Positions 19,468 through 28,908 of a stretch of 64,000 nucleotides of DNA are shown here, piece by piece. The position numbers were made by a program, and so were the translations under genes. Under the pieces are notes generated by a model. That model ran no database searches. It was not told where the DNA came from and was given only the letters and a program-made list of their open reading frames with translations. Each line of letters begins with the position of its first letter. Position 1 is the first letter of the stretch. The stretch comes from an uncultured Acidobacteriota bacterium (GTDB lineage: Bacteria; Acidobacteriota; Blastocatellia; Pyrinomonadales; Pyrinomonadaceae), in contig CAWCZP010000003.1 in assembly GCA_963800055.1 (NCBI GenBank), positions 218,824-282,823 of the forward strand. The letters are read 5' to 3'.

Positions 19468-20943
19468 TTAGTTAGTTGAACTGGTCGACATCGGCACTGG
19501 ATTGCCCTCGATGTCGATGTAAGTGATCGGTGCGATGCCGGTCGCTTTCAACGGACCTTCGATCTTCGTTCGATCGCCGACGATCACGATTGCGAAGTGC
19601 TTCAGATCGATGTACTGCTTCGCCACTCGCAACAGATCTTCCTTCGTCACTGCGGAGACGTTTTTCGCGTACGTCTGATAGTAATCTTCCGGCAATCCCT
19701 GAACCGTCAAAGATGTGATTGCGCCGCTGATCGCAGACACAGACGAGAAACGCTGTGGCAGTCCCTGAATCAGCGACTCCTTCGCAGTCTTGATCTCTTC
19801 GTCCGTGATCGGCTTCTCACCCACGATGCCCTTGAACTCTTTCATGAACTCCATCAATGCGGCATCAGTCTTGTCGATAAAAATCGAACCACCGGCACGG
19901 AACGCACCCGGTCCTTTGCCAAACCCGAATCCCGAGCTCACGCCGTAGCTGTAGCCTTTCTGCTCGCGAATGTTTGCATTAAGTCGCGATTGAAACTGGC
20001 CACCGAGAATCGTGTTCAGCACCTGGAGCGCGAAATAGTCAGGCGTATTTCGTGGTGGACCAGGCAATCCAATATTAAATACAGACTGCTGCGCACCCGG
20101 CTTGTCGACGAGATAGATCTTCGCCGTCTGAAGTTCAGGCAGCTTGGGATACTCGAATTTCGCTTTCTCGCCGGCCTTGGACCAGGCAGCCAAACCTTTT
20201 TCAACTGCACTCTTGATCTTCGCTGAGTTAACGTCGCCGACTACGGTGATGATCGCGCGGCCCGGCTGAAAATAAGCCTTTTGAAACGCCACGATGTCAT
20301 CGCGCGTGATCGCTTTCACGGAAGCCTCCGTCGTGCGTTGTCCATACGGATGCGCTTCACTGTAGAGGATTTTCGAAAACACCTGCGATCCGATTGTGAC
20401 CGGCTGATCCTTCGCCTGAGTCAAATTAACCAACGTTCGCGCGCGCAATCGTTCGAGCGCGTCTGCCGGGAAAGTTGAATTGAGCATCATGTCCGAAAGC
20501 AACGCCAGCGTCGGTTCGAAATTCTTCGCGGTCGATACAAAGCTGACAGACCCTTCTTCGCCGCTGATGAACGCGTTGATGTTCGTGCCCAGCAGTTGCA
20601 GTGCATCCGACAGTTGATCACCGGTCTTTGTCGTGGTGCCTTCGGTCATCATGGACGTGGTCAGCGAAGCCAAACCACGCTTTCCGACCGTCTCAAACTG
20701 ATTGGACCCACCAACAAAAGTGATCGTGAAGGAAACCAGCGGGAGGTTATGACTTTCAGAGACGATCAACGTCGAACCATTTGCCAACTGAGATTTGGTC
20801 CATGTCGGCACACGCAACACAGGTGTTGGCCCGGGCGTTGGAACCTTGGTACGGTCGAGCGTCTGCTGAGCGACTGCCGCAATATTCGCGAGGCTAATGA
20901 TCAGCGCTGCCGCGAAGGCAAGAGCTCTTCTCTGTTGTTTCAT
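19468..20943 (-). CDS. M16 family peptidase-like protein (no HxxEH; probably the non-catalytic partner)
   Basis: 491 aa with a signal peptide and M16 architecture; co-oriented with and overlapping the catalytic paralogue. Confidence 0.7.
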   Translation of the reverse strand: MKQQRRALAFAAALIISLANIAAVAQQTLDRTKVPTPGPTPVLRVPTWTKSQLANGSTLIVSESHNLPLVSFTITFVGGSNQFETVGKRGLASLTTSMMTEGTTTKTGDQLSDALQLLGTNINAFISGEEGSVSFVSTAKNFEPTLALLSDMMLNSTFPADALERLRARTLVNLTQAKDQPVTIGSQVFSKILYSEAHPYGQRTTEASVKAITRDDIVAFQKAYFQPGRAIITVVGDVNSAKIKSAVEKGLAAWSKAGEKAKFEYPKLPELQTAKIYLVDKPGAQQSVFNIGLPGPPRNTPDYFALQVLNTILGGQFQSRLNANIREQKGYSYGVSSGFGFGKGPGAFRAGGSIFIDKTDAALMEFMKEFKGIVGEKPITDEEIKTAKESLIQGLPQRFSSVSAISGAITSLTVQGLPEDYYQTYAKNVSAVTKEDLLRVAKQYIDLKHFAIVIVGDRTKIEGPLKATGIAPITYIDIEGNPVPMSTSSTN

Positions 20944-22448
20944 GATTTACCTCCTCGTGGCGTTCCAACTACCACCGTGACTGCTTCACTTTCCGTTGCT
21001 TTTGAAGCCTGGTCCTTTTTGCCTTTCGGAACGACGCTCAGCACGATGCGAGAACCCGTCAGATATTTACTTGCGACTCGCTTCACATCAGCCGCAGTGA
21101 CTGACAGCGTCTTTTGATAGTTAGTCTTGAATCGAGCCGGATCGTTAAAGAACACTGAGCCATTGATCAATTCATCCGCTTTGCCCAGATTCGATTCGAG
21201 TCCGCGCAGGAAATTCAGTTCGAGCCCGCTTTTGGCCTTTTGCAACTCTTCAGCCGTCGGTCCTTCGGCGATAAATTTCTGAATCACTTGATCCACTGCC
21301 GCTTCCAGTTCCGTCAACGACGACTCAGGTCGTGGAACCACAGTGACTTGAAATACGCCAACGTCTTCGGCGGAACTTTGAAAAGCGCTAACCTGTGATG
21401 CTTTTTGAGAGTCGAAAACAAGCGCTTTCGTCAAGCGCGCTGTTCGCGGTCCTGACAAGATCGCGCTCATCATCCCGAGCGCATAGCGTTCGTCGTTCTT
21501 GAAGCCTACCGTGGGCCACTGGATGTAAAGTCGCGGCACCTGAACGCGATCTTCGTAGACCAGGCGTTTGCCCGCGTCTAACTTACCGAGCGGGACGTTT
21601 GGCCTTTGCACCGGTTGACCTTTCGGCAAGTCGCTGAAGTATTTTTGAATCCAGGCTTTCGCTTGTACCGGATCAAAGGAACCGACAACAGCGAGTGTCG
21701 CGTTGTTTGGTGCGTAGTAGAGCCGGAAGAACGACTTAACATCCTCCTCAGACGCGGCGCTTAGATCGACCATCGAACCAATCACCGACCACGAATAGGG
21801 ATGGCCCTTCGGATACATCGCTGCGGAAAAAATCTCGGGCACGCGGCCGTACGGTTGATTGTCGTAACTCTGCCGGCGCTCGTTCTTCACCACTTCGCGT
21901 TGCGCATTGAGCTTTTCGATGTCGAGCTTATCGAGCAGGAAGCCCATGCGATCGGATTCCAGCCACAACGCTGATTCGAGGTAATTGGATGGAATCGTTT
22001 CGAAGTAGTTGGTCCGATCGTTATTCGTCGTACCGTTGTTACCACCGCCTACACCTTCCGTGAGCTTGTCGTGCAGTCCATACGGCACGTGGCCTGAGCC
22101 GGTGAACATCACATGCTCAAACAGGTGCGCGAAACCGGTGCGACCCGGCATCTCGTTTTTGGACCCGACGTAATACCAAACGTTAACGGCAACAGTTGGT
22201 GTGGTATGGTCCTGGGATAAAATCACCGTGAGACCGTTTGGCAGTTTGTAAGTTTCAAATGGGATCTTGATGGAGTCGGAGCCGTTCTGCCCCAGCATTG
22301 ATTGGGTAAGCGCGAACGTCAGGACAAGGGCAAGCGCCGACAGTAATCTTCTCTTCTTAATCACGACAACTCCTTTCAAATTGCATCGGTTTTCCGGGCG
22401 TGGCAGGTGTGCGGAGCGTATCGTATGAAGGACCCAGTTGACTGTCAA
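20940..22448 (-). CDS. M16 family zinc peptidase (insulinase/pitrilysin type)
   Basis: ..GFAHLFEHVMFTGS.. is the inverted zinc motif HxxEH. The true start is probably downstream of 22448 (..KKRRLLSALALVLTFAL signal). Confidence 0.8.
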   Translation of the reverse strand: MTVNWVLHTIRSAHLPRPENRCNLKGVVVIKKRRLLSALALVLTFALTQSMLGQNGSDSIKIPFETYKLPNGLTVILSQDHTTPTVAVNVWYYVGSKNEMPGRTGFAHLFEHVMFTGSGHVPYGLHDKLTEGVGGGNNGTTNNDRTNYFETIPSNYLESALWLESDRMGFLLDKLDIEKLNAQREVVKNERRQSYDNQPYGRVPEIFSAAMYPKGHPYSWSVIGSMVDLSAASEEDVKSFFRLYYAPNNATLAVVGSFDPVQAKAWIQKYFSDLPKGQPVQRPNVPLGKLDAGKRLVYEDRVQVPRLYIQWPTVGFKNDERYALGMMSAILSGPRTARLTKALVFDSQKASQVSAFQSSAEDVGVFQVTVVPRPESSLTELEAAVDQVIQKFIAEGPTAEELQKAKSGLELNFLRGLESNLGKADELINGSVFFNDPARFKTNYQKTLSVTAADVKRVASKYLTGSRIVLSVVPKGKKDQASKATESEAVTVVVGTPRGGKS

Positions 22449-22521
22449 CTGCGTTTAGGAGTCCCTCCGAATTTATGAACATTTATCTGAAAGGGTGTGC
22501 TTGTCTTAGAATCCATTCACT

Positions 22522-23490
22522 ATGAAAGCTATCCAAGTTTCTCAAGTGGGTGGACCCGAGGCGCTCACTCTGGTCGACCTGCCGGTTCCGTCGCCAAAAC
22601 CGAACGAAGCTGTCGTTCAGATCAAAGCCGCTGGCGTCAACTTTATTGATGTTTACTTTCGCGAGGGCCGATATCCCGCGTCGCTGCCGTTTGTGAACGG
22701 GCAGGAGGCGGCGGGTGTTGTTACCGATGTCGGCAGTGATGTGAAACTGGTAAAGCGCGGCGATCGCGTCGCATACACCAGCGCGTTGGGAAGCTACGCT
22801 GACTTTGCAGCGGTGCCGGATGGTCGCTTAGTGAAGATTCCTGACGAATTGGATTTTGAGCAGGCAGCGGCAGCGATGCTCCAGGGCATGACAGCGCATT
22901 ATCTTTCGCACAGCACTTACAAACTGCAAAGCGGTGAGACGGCGTTGATACATGCGGCAGCGGGTGGTGTTGGGTTGCTGCTGGTGCAAATGGCGAAAAG
23001 GATCGGAGCGCGCGTGATTGGAACTGCCGGTACGCAGGAAAAGGCGCAGCTCGCGCGTGAAGCAGGCGCGGATGAATGCATCATCTACACAGAGCAAGAC
23101 TTTGAATCTGAAACTCGACGGCTCACCGGCGAGAAAGGCGCGCACGTCGTTTATGACGGCGTTGGCAAAGACACTTTCGATAAAGATCTCAACGTACTTC
23201 GTCCGCGCGGTTATCTGGTCCTCTTCGGGGCCTCGAGCGGCGCGGTCCCACCGTTTGACCTAATCAAGCTCTCCCAAAAAGGCTCGCTCTACATCACGCG
23301 TCCGACGTTGGGCCATTACACTGCGACGCGCGAAGAACTCGAGTGGCGCGCGAACGACGTATTCCAGATGATCGTCCGTGGCGATCTCAAACTCCGAATC
23401 CACAAAACGTATCCGCTTGAGGAAGCACAACAAGCGCACCGCGATCTCGAAGGCCGAAAAACCACCGGGAAGCTACTGCTCGTACCGTAA
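22522..23490 (+). CDS. qor: NADPH:quinone oxidoreductase (MDR/zeta-crystallin family)
   Basis: MKAIQVSQVGGPEALTLVD.P.P...EAVVQIKAAGVNFIDVYFREGRYP.., ..HAAAGGVGLLLVQMAK.. Confidence 0.85.
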   Translation: MKAIQVSQVGGPEALTLVDLPVPSPKPNEAVVQIKAAGVNFIDVYFREGRYPASLPFVNGQEAAGVVTDVGSDVKLVKRGDRVAYTSALGSYADFAAVPDGRLVKIPDELDFEQAAAAMLQGMTAHYLSHSTYKLQSGETALIHAAAGGVGLLLVQMAKRIGARVIGTAGTQEKAQLAREAGADECIIYTEQDFESETRRLTGEKGAHVVYDGVGKDTFDKDLNVLRPRGYLVLFGASSGAVPPFDLIKLSQKGSLYITRPTLGHYTATREELEWRANDVFQMIVRGDLKLRIHKTYPLEEAQQAHRDLEGRKTTGKLLLVP

Positions 23491-23533
23491 TCGTCTTGTG
23501 CTTTTTGTGGTTTTTTTTGTGCCTCTTGTGATC

Positions 23534-24652
23534 CTAATGGAGTAGACCTACGAGCTCTCGCTTGATTGCGCCGTCAGGGCAAGTCTCAAGAAACTCTTTC
23601 AACCAAGTCTTCTTTTCTTCGTCATCGGCAGCGGCAATCGCGCGCAATTCGTCGCGGTTGTACGTCAGAAAATCGTCTTCAAGCATCGAATCGAAGTGGT
23701 AAATCGTTTCAAACTCATGAGGCGCTATCTCCGACTCTCCGGCAAGGACAAATGACGAACCATCCCTGCGAGAACCGCCCAAAACAACCGTCCTCTGCTT
23801 TGTGAACAAATGAGTGTCGTATCCGAAATACTCAACTGTGTAAGACACTTTTAATTTCGCCCGTCCGTTTTCGACCTCACATGACACAGGTCGTCCGATA
23901 AAGCCTTTTGCAGGAAACGCGGCGAACCCGGCCTGACGCACTTCACCTAAGTACGATCCAACACGTCTCACTCCGCGGTCTGAAACCTCGTACACCGTGT
24001 CCAGCCACCCGCCAAGTCCAGTGCCCGTTGCGCCGGTACTCTGCAGAATTAACCACGCTCGATCATTGCTCACGAGCACCACTGGATCCGACGGTCGATA
24101 TTTAGTCCAAACGTTGACCGTTCCCAACAGCCTTGGATTCCGATCGCGAGAATCGTTGAAAATGAGGTAGCGGTACATTTGTACGAATTGCTGCTTGATC
24201 TGCAACACAACCTCACGGTCCACATCATCGTCGAGATTGAATTCAAAGATATTCGCCTCGCAGCCACCGCAGGCAGCGCTATAGTTGATCGGAACTGATA
24301 TCTCGGGATCATCCGTAACTCCAAGTCGTTGCCATAATCTATACAGGTTCGCGTTCGGATGCGCGTCAATAAAGGACTCAATTTCGCGTGGTGTGATTCC
24401 CAAAGTTTCCGGATATACGTGATACGTCGGCTCAGGCACAGGCGTGAGCGTCGGTGAGGGCGCTGGGACTTCTGCTTGAGCCACTGCCGCGCGCTGTCGC
24501 AGCAGGTAACGATGAACAGTTCCGACCGACACCCCAGCAACAAAAGCAACGCAGGCAACCGTCACTCGCAGTAATTTGGATCGCACGCCCGCATTATTGA
24601 GCGACCCTAAAACAGCAGCAATGTGGCTCACCACATTCAGTGTTCGGGTCAA
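23534..24652 (-). CDS. hypothetical membrane-anchored protein
   Basis: 372-aa ORF with one N-terminal TM; no family recognised. Confidence 0.45.
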   Translation of the reverse strand: MTRTLNVVSHIAAVLGSLNNAGVRSKLLRVTVACVAFVAGVSVGTVHRYLLRQRAAVAQAEVPAPSPTLTPVPEPTYHVYPETLGITPREIESFIDAHPNANLYRLWQRLGVTDDPEISVPINYSAACGGCEANIFEFNLDDDVDREVVLQIKQQFVQMYRYLIFNDSRDRNPRLLGTVNVWTKYRPSDPVVLVSNDRAWLILQSTGATGTGLGGWLDTVYEVSDRGVRRVGSYLGEVRQAGFAAFPAKGFIGRPVSCEVENGRAKLKVSYTVEYFGYDTHLFTKQRTVVLGGSRRDGSSFVLAGESEIAPHEFETIYHFDSMLEDDFLTYNRDELRAIAAADDEEKKTWLKEFLETCPDGAIKRELVGLLH

Positions 24653-24703
24653 CCCGGTTCGGACAGGGTTTTCTCTGCGGAGAAAACTCGAATCAAGAAA
24701 GTC

Positions 24704-24732
24704 TTGACAGGCATTTTGGCGCCGCCTATATT
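24704..24732 (+). promoter_or_regulatory. sigma70-type promoter of the Phe-biosynthesis operon
   Basis: TTGACA (24704-24709), 17-nt spacer, TATATT (24727-24732), 10 nt upstream of the leader ORF. Confidence 0.55.
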
Positions 24733-24742
24733 AATCGAGGTC

Positions 24743-24847
24743 ATGAGTAGCACTCGTACTTTTTTCTCTTTCGCCTTTACTTACCGCTTCTTCTTTTTTG
24801 AGGAGAGCGGACCGGCGAAGTTTGAAAACGACGTGCTGAAGACCTAA
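24743..24847 (+). CDS. Phe-rich leader peptide (pheL-like attenuator peptide)
   Basis: MSSTRTFFSFAFTYRFFFFEESGPAKFENDVLKT: 8 Phe plus 1 Tyr within 13 residues, including FFFF. It lies between the promoter and a terminator, ahead of chorismate mutase. Confidence 0.7.
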   Translation: MSSTRTFFSFAFTYRFFFFEESGPAKFENDVLKT

Positions 24848-24872
24848 GAAAAAGCACAACACCTTCAACGAG

Positions 24873-24909
24873 CCAGCCGCGATCCTAAAAGTCGTGGCTG
24901 GTTTTTTTT
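24873..24909 (+). terminator. intrinsic terminator (attenuator) after the leader peptide
   Basis: CCAGCCGCGA (24873-24882), 9-nt loop, TCGTGGCTGG (24892-24901; 10 bp with one G-U), then T8 (24902-24909). Confidence 0.75.
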
Positions 24910-24928
24910 ACGCCTGGAGCTGGGAATC

Positions 24929-25198
24929 ATGGATATAGATCATTGGCGCAAAGAGATTGACGACATTGATTCGGAACTGCTTCGCCTCCTCAACATGAGA
25001 GCGCGCCTCGCAATGAAAGTCGGCGCACTGAAGCAGGCCGCGCACCTCCCATTCTGCGACCCTGACCGCGAACGCAGCGTCCTTCAACGCCTGCAGGAGA
25101 TCAACGACGGCCCGCTTGATGAGCGCGCGGTCGGCAAGCTTTTTCGCAGAATTATCTGTGAATCGCGACGCGTTGAGTCGGGAATTGCCTCGAGATGA
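24929..25198 (+). CDS. chorismate mutase (AroQ class)
   Basis: 89 aa; ..WRKEIDDIDSELLRLLNMRARLAMKVGALK.., ..DPDRERSVLQRL.. Confidence 0.85.
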   Translation: MDIDHWRKEIDDIDSELLRLLNMRARLAMKVGALKQAAHLPFCDPDRERSVLQRLQEINDGPLDERAVGKLFRRIICESRRVESGIASR

Positions 25199-25818
25199 CC
25201 ATGTTAATTCGCAAACCAAGAGTCGCATTTCAAGGCGAGCGCGGCGCCTTCAGCGAAGAGGCCGCGATGAAGTTGCTCGGCGACGAAATCGAACTCGTGC
25301 CGCGAAAGACCTTCAGCGATCTTTTCAACAGTCTCGATAACCACCTCGCCGACTACGTGCTCGCGCCGGTTGAAAACAGTATCGCCGGCGTCGTTCAGCC
25401 TTCCGTCGACCTGATGCGCTCGAGCACGCTCGCAGTAGTCGATGAAGTTGAAATAAAGATCGAGCAACACCTGATCGGCTGCCCGGGTGCAAGCTTCGAA
25501 ACGATCGAAACAGTGCAGTCGCACCCGGTTGCGCTTGCGCAGTGCACTCGCTTTTTTGCGACGAACCCCCGGCTCAAATCGCTGATCGCCGACGACACCG
25601 CAGGCAGCGTCGCGGAAATAGTTCGGCTCAACGACACGAAACGCGCAGCCATCGCCGGACAACGCGCAGCGGATATCTACGGCGCATCAATTATCCGCAG
25701 AAGCATCCAGGACCAGACAGAAAACTACACCCGATTCGTTTTGCTGTCAGCTAACAGAACCGCGCGCGGTACCGCCGCGTCAACCTACCCTGCTTTAGTA
25801 AAGGAACACACATCATGA
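25195..25818 (+). CDS. pheA: prephenate dehydratase, catalytic PDT domain only (no ACT domain)
   Basis: ..[45 protein letters not shown].. The ORF ends 24 aa after TRFVLL. ATGA overlaps on both sides. Confidence 0.8.
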   Translation: MTMLIRKPRVAFQGERGAFSEEAAMKLLGDEIELVPRKTFSDLFNSLDNHLADYVLAPVENSIAGVVQPSVDLMRSSTLAVVDEVEIKIEQHLIGCPGASFETIETVQSHPVALAQCTRFFATNPRLKSLIADDTAGSVAEIVRLNDTKRAAIAGQRAADIYGASIIRRSIQDQTENYTRFVLLSANRTARGTAASTYPALVKEHTS

Positions 25819-26831
25819 TCGTCAACATGTTAAGCACAGCAACCCCCGACGAAATCAACCACGTCATCGACCGCATTAAGGAATGTGGTTTTCAAGCACA
25901 CGTTGTCAGGGGGGAAGAACGCACCATCATCGGCGCGATCGGGAGCAGCGGGCGCCGTTCGGAAATCGAAGCGCTTCGCGCCGCACCGGGAGTTGCGGAA
26001 GTCATCCAGATTTCTCATCCGTTTAAGCTCGTCAGCCGGCAACTGAGGCAAGCGCGCACCGTCGTCGACGTGTGCGGAACAAAGATCGGCGACGGCCAGC
26101 TCGTCGTGATCGCTGGTCCATGCTCGGTCGAGTCGGAACAGCAATTGATGGAAACGGCCCATGCGGTGAAGGCTTCGGGCGCCCGTATGCTTCGCGGTGG
26201 CGCTTACAAACCCCGGACGTCGCCGTACGACTTTCAGGGACTCGGCGTCGAAGCACTACGTTTTCTTCAACGAGCCAGTAGAGAGACTGGATTGCCAATC
26301 GTGACCGAAGTCATGAGTGAAGCAGACGTGGAGATCGTTGAGGAGTATGCAGACATGATGCAGGTCGGCGCGCGCAATATGCAAAACTTTTCGTTGTTGC
26401 GAAAACTCGCGCACGTTTCAAAGCCGGTGCTTTTGAAACGTGGCCCATCGGCGACGGTCAAGGAATGGTTGCTGGCTGCGGAGTATTTGCTTTCGGGCGG
26501 GAATGCCAATGTGGTTTTGTGTGAGCGCGGAATCAAGACGTTTGAGACCGCGACGCGCAATACGCTCGATCTCTCAGCAGTCGCCCTCGTGAAAGAGTTA
26601 TCACACTTGCCCGTGCTTGCCGATCCTTCCCACGGGACGGGCTTGCGAAGCTTGATTACTCCGATGTCGAAAGCGGCGGCGGCGGTTGGTGCTGACGGTT
26701 TGTTGATCGAGGTCCATCCGTGTCCGGAGCGGGCGCTTTCAGACGGACCGCAGTCGCTGGATCTGAAAGCGTTTCAGGAGTTGATGGAGAATCTTGGGCA
26801 GGCGCCCGCGCGCGAAGCAAAAGCGGCATAA
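25815..26831 (+). CDS. 3-deoxy-7-phosphoheptulonate (DAHP) synthase, type I-beta with N-terminal ferredoxin-like regulatory domain
   Basis: Closely parallels the Thermotoga-type enzyme as I remember it: MIVNM..(FL domain)..[55 protein letters not shown].. Confidence 0.9.
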   Translation: MIVNMLSTATPDEINHVIDRIKECGFQAHVVRGEERTIIGAIGSSGRRSEIEALRAAPGVAEVIQISHPFKLVSRQLRQARTVVDVCGTKIGDGQLVVIAGPCSVESEQQLMETAHAVKASGARMLRGGAYKPRTSPYDFQGLGVEALRFLQRASRETGLPIVTEVMSEADVEIVEEYADMMQVGARNMQNFSLLRKLAHVSKPVLLKRGPSATVKEWLLAAEYLLSGGNANVVLCERGIKTFETATRNTLDLSAVALVKELSHLPVLADPSHGTGLRSLITPMSKAAAAVGADGLLIEVHPCPERALSDGPQSLDLKAFQELMENLGQAPAREAKAA

Positions 26832-26870
26832 TCCACAGATTACACAGATTAATCTGTGTAATCTGTGGAT
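26831..26870. repeat. perfect 40-bp palindrome built from the word CACAGATTA
   Basis: ATCCACAGATTACACAGATT|AATCTGTGTAATCTGTGGAT, between convergent genes. A related copy is at 41211-41273. Confidence 0.9.
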
Positions 26871-26877
26871 AAAGTGA

Positions 26878-28358
26878 TTAATTCCCTTCGGGGCTGCGCA
26901 TCTTCCGCGGCAGTTCCTTCTCGGTCTTTATCACCGAGCCGTCGATCGCGTTGACCCAAACGTGCGTCGAGACGCTGGCATTTGTTTCATCCGCGATTAT
27001 CACGTGATAGAACACTGATCCATCCTTCCCAAGCTTTCCAGGCTCTTCCCAGCCTTTTGCACCCAGGCTGCATACCAAAACTTTTCCGGGCTGCTGGCTC
27101 AGTGCCACCACAATCGCCTGGTCCATGTTTATCCTCGCCAGCCGAACTAACGCAGCGTGCATTACCGCGCGCATCTCGACTTCCATTTCCCTCTTGCGCT
27201 CCATCTCGGCCTGAACAGCAGGATCGAATGGCTTTCTTTTCCTTCGAGCTCACCTGCCGCACGAAGCTTCATTTCTACAAGCTTCTCTCGATCCTTCCGC
27301 TCCTGCTCTTGCGGAGACGGATCCTGTGTATCAAAGCGGACGGCAAACGCGGCCGCTGCGACACACGGCACAAGCAGCAACAGCGCGACAGCAAGCAGCA
27401 GATGTTTATTCCCACGTGTATTGAAGTTCGATTTTCTTAACAACGACATGATACGGGCCTCCAGAATGTCAGCATCGGCGATGCCTACGGTTGTAGTTAC
27501 GGAGAGACGACGCAGAGGTGGCGCTGAGCTGGCGAGTTGTACGAGCGAGCGCGCATAAACTTCCGCGTTCAGAATTCGCTCCGCAACAAGCTCATCACAG
27601 CAGAGTTCGCGAGTTTGCCTGACGCGACGTCTTAATAACGCCGCCGCGGGATGAAATGAGATGGGGACGAACAACAATTCGTAGATCAGATTGAGCACGT
27701 AATCCCGCCGCGCAACGTGAATGAACTCATGGCCGATTGCAGAGGTAAGTAGCTCGATGTTGCCTTCGCGCAGCAGTTGTTCGGGCAAAATAATGACCGG
27801 CTCGGAAAGGCCGATCGTCACGGGCACTGGCACTGTTTCTGAACGTAGTACCTTCACCCAACCAGACGGCGCGCCTGCCTGGTGTTCGCACTTACGGATG
27901 ATTTCCGTGACTCGCTGATCAGGCTCGAGCTCAACGGCCCCACGCCTGATCGTTCCGGTGGTTTTCCAGGCTTGGACCAGTTTGAAAAGGCGATAAAGAA
28001 GAAACGCGCAGAACAGCGCTACTAGCAGAGACGCGAGTCGCTGATTCAATCGAAACGTTGATGGCACTGGAAATCTTGTACGCGCCAGTGCAATTGGAAA
28101 TGGTTGCAACTCTTCGCTGGCCAGGATCGCGTATGTTGTCGAAGCGGAGGAAGAAACTGTTTCGCCGAGCGTGCGTAGTGACGTGATTGTGGGAACCAGA
28201 AACGCGAGACAGAGAGCGGTGGTCCAGAGCCAGTGTCGATAGCGCGCGGGGGAGTTTCGCAGCAGCCATGCGCCGAATGCGGCGAGTGCAGCAATGAGGG
28301 TAATCTGCCAAAGAGAGTTTAGAAGAAACGTCAGTACGAGTTGGCTAATTGTTCTCAT
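26878..28358 (-). CDS. BlaR1/MecR1-type M56 peptidase signal transducer with C-terminal PepSY-like domain; one frameshift near 27235
   Basis: ..AIGHEFIHVARRDY.. (HExxH) after 4 TM segments. The ORF 26878-27204 (..INMDQAIVVALSQQPGKVL..VFYHVIIADE..VWVNAIDGSVI..) joins in frame through ..ELEGKE/KKPFDPAVQAEMERK.. if one base of an A-rich run is removed. Confidence 0.7.
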
Positions 28359-28737
28359 CGGCGTCCTCCTTGACCTGTTCGACGAGCTTTTGCAGGCGCG
28401 CGAGTTTTTCAGGGGTGAGGTGCTTGGTTTCGACCAGGCTCATGACCAGACTTTCCGCCGAACCGCCAAAAAGTCGATCGACCACATCTTTGACGTGCTT
28501 GCCCACGACTTGTTTACGACTGACCGCGGGCTTATAGAAGTAGGCGCGGTTCTTTAGAGTGCGTTTTGCTTTGCCCTTGCGCTCGAGGATGTTCAGCATG
28601 GTCTGAACGGTTGTGTACGCCAGATCGCGTTTGAGTTTTTGCTGCACGGTCTGGACGTTTGCGGGTCCGGTTTCCCATAGGACGTGCATGATCTCGAGTT
28701 CGAGCGGGGTCAGGTTTTCGGTCTTGGGCCGCGCCAT
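28345..28737 (-). CDS. BlaI/MecI/CopY family transcriptional repressor
   Basis: ..LTPLELEIMHVLWETGPANVQTVQQKL..LAYTTVQTMLNILERKG.. winged helix; overlaps the blaR1-like start. Confidence 0.9.
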   Translation of the reverse strand: MARPKTENLTPLELEIMHVLWETGPANVQTVQQKLKRDLAYTTVQTMLNILERKGKAKRTLKNRAYFYKPAVSRKQVVGKHVKDVVDRLFGGSAESLVMSLVETKHLTPEKLARLQKLVEQVKEDADENN

Positions 28738-28908
28738 CGCTGGTTGCCTCCTAAGTTTTTAGGAGTATAGGAGCGTGGCCGGGACGTGTCAACTAATTTT
28801 TTAGGACTCTCAGGGCATCTGCGATTTGCGTCTGACGGTGGAAATCGAGTCAGCGTAGAGACGTAGAAGGCAGAGGGACGCGGAGAATCGTTGTAGAATC
28901 CACTACAC

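Noticed and set aside
25815-26030. The N-terminal ~70 aa of DAHP synthase as a displaced ACT domain of the upstream prephenate dehydratase, created by a frameshift.
   Set aside because: The segment aligns collinearly with the ferredoxin-like regulatory domain that Thermotoga-type DAHP synthases carry natively. It has its own ATG in an ATGA overlap, so no frameshift is needed.
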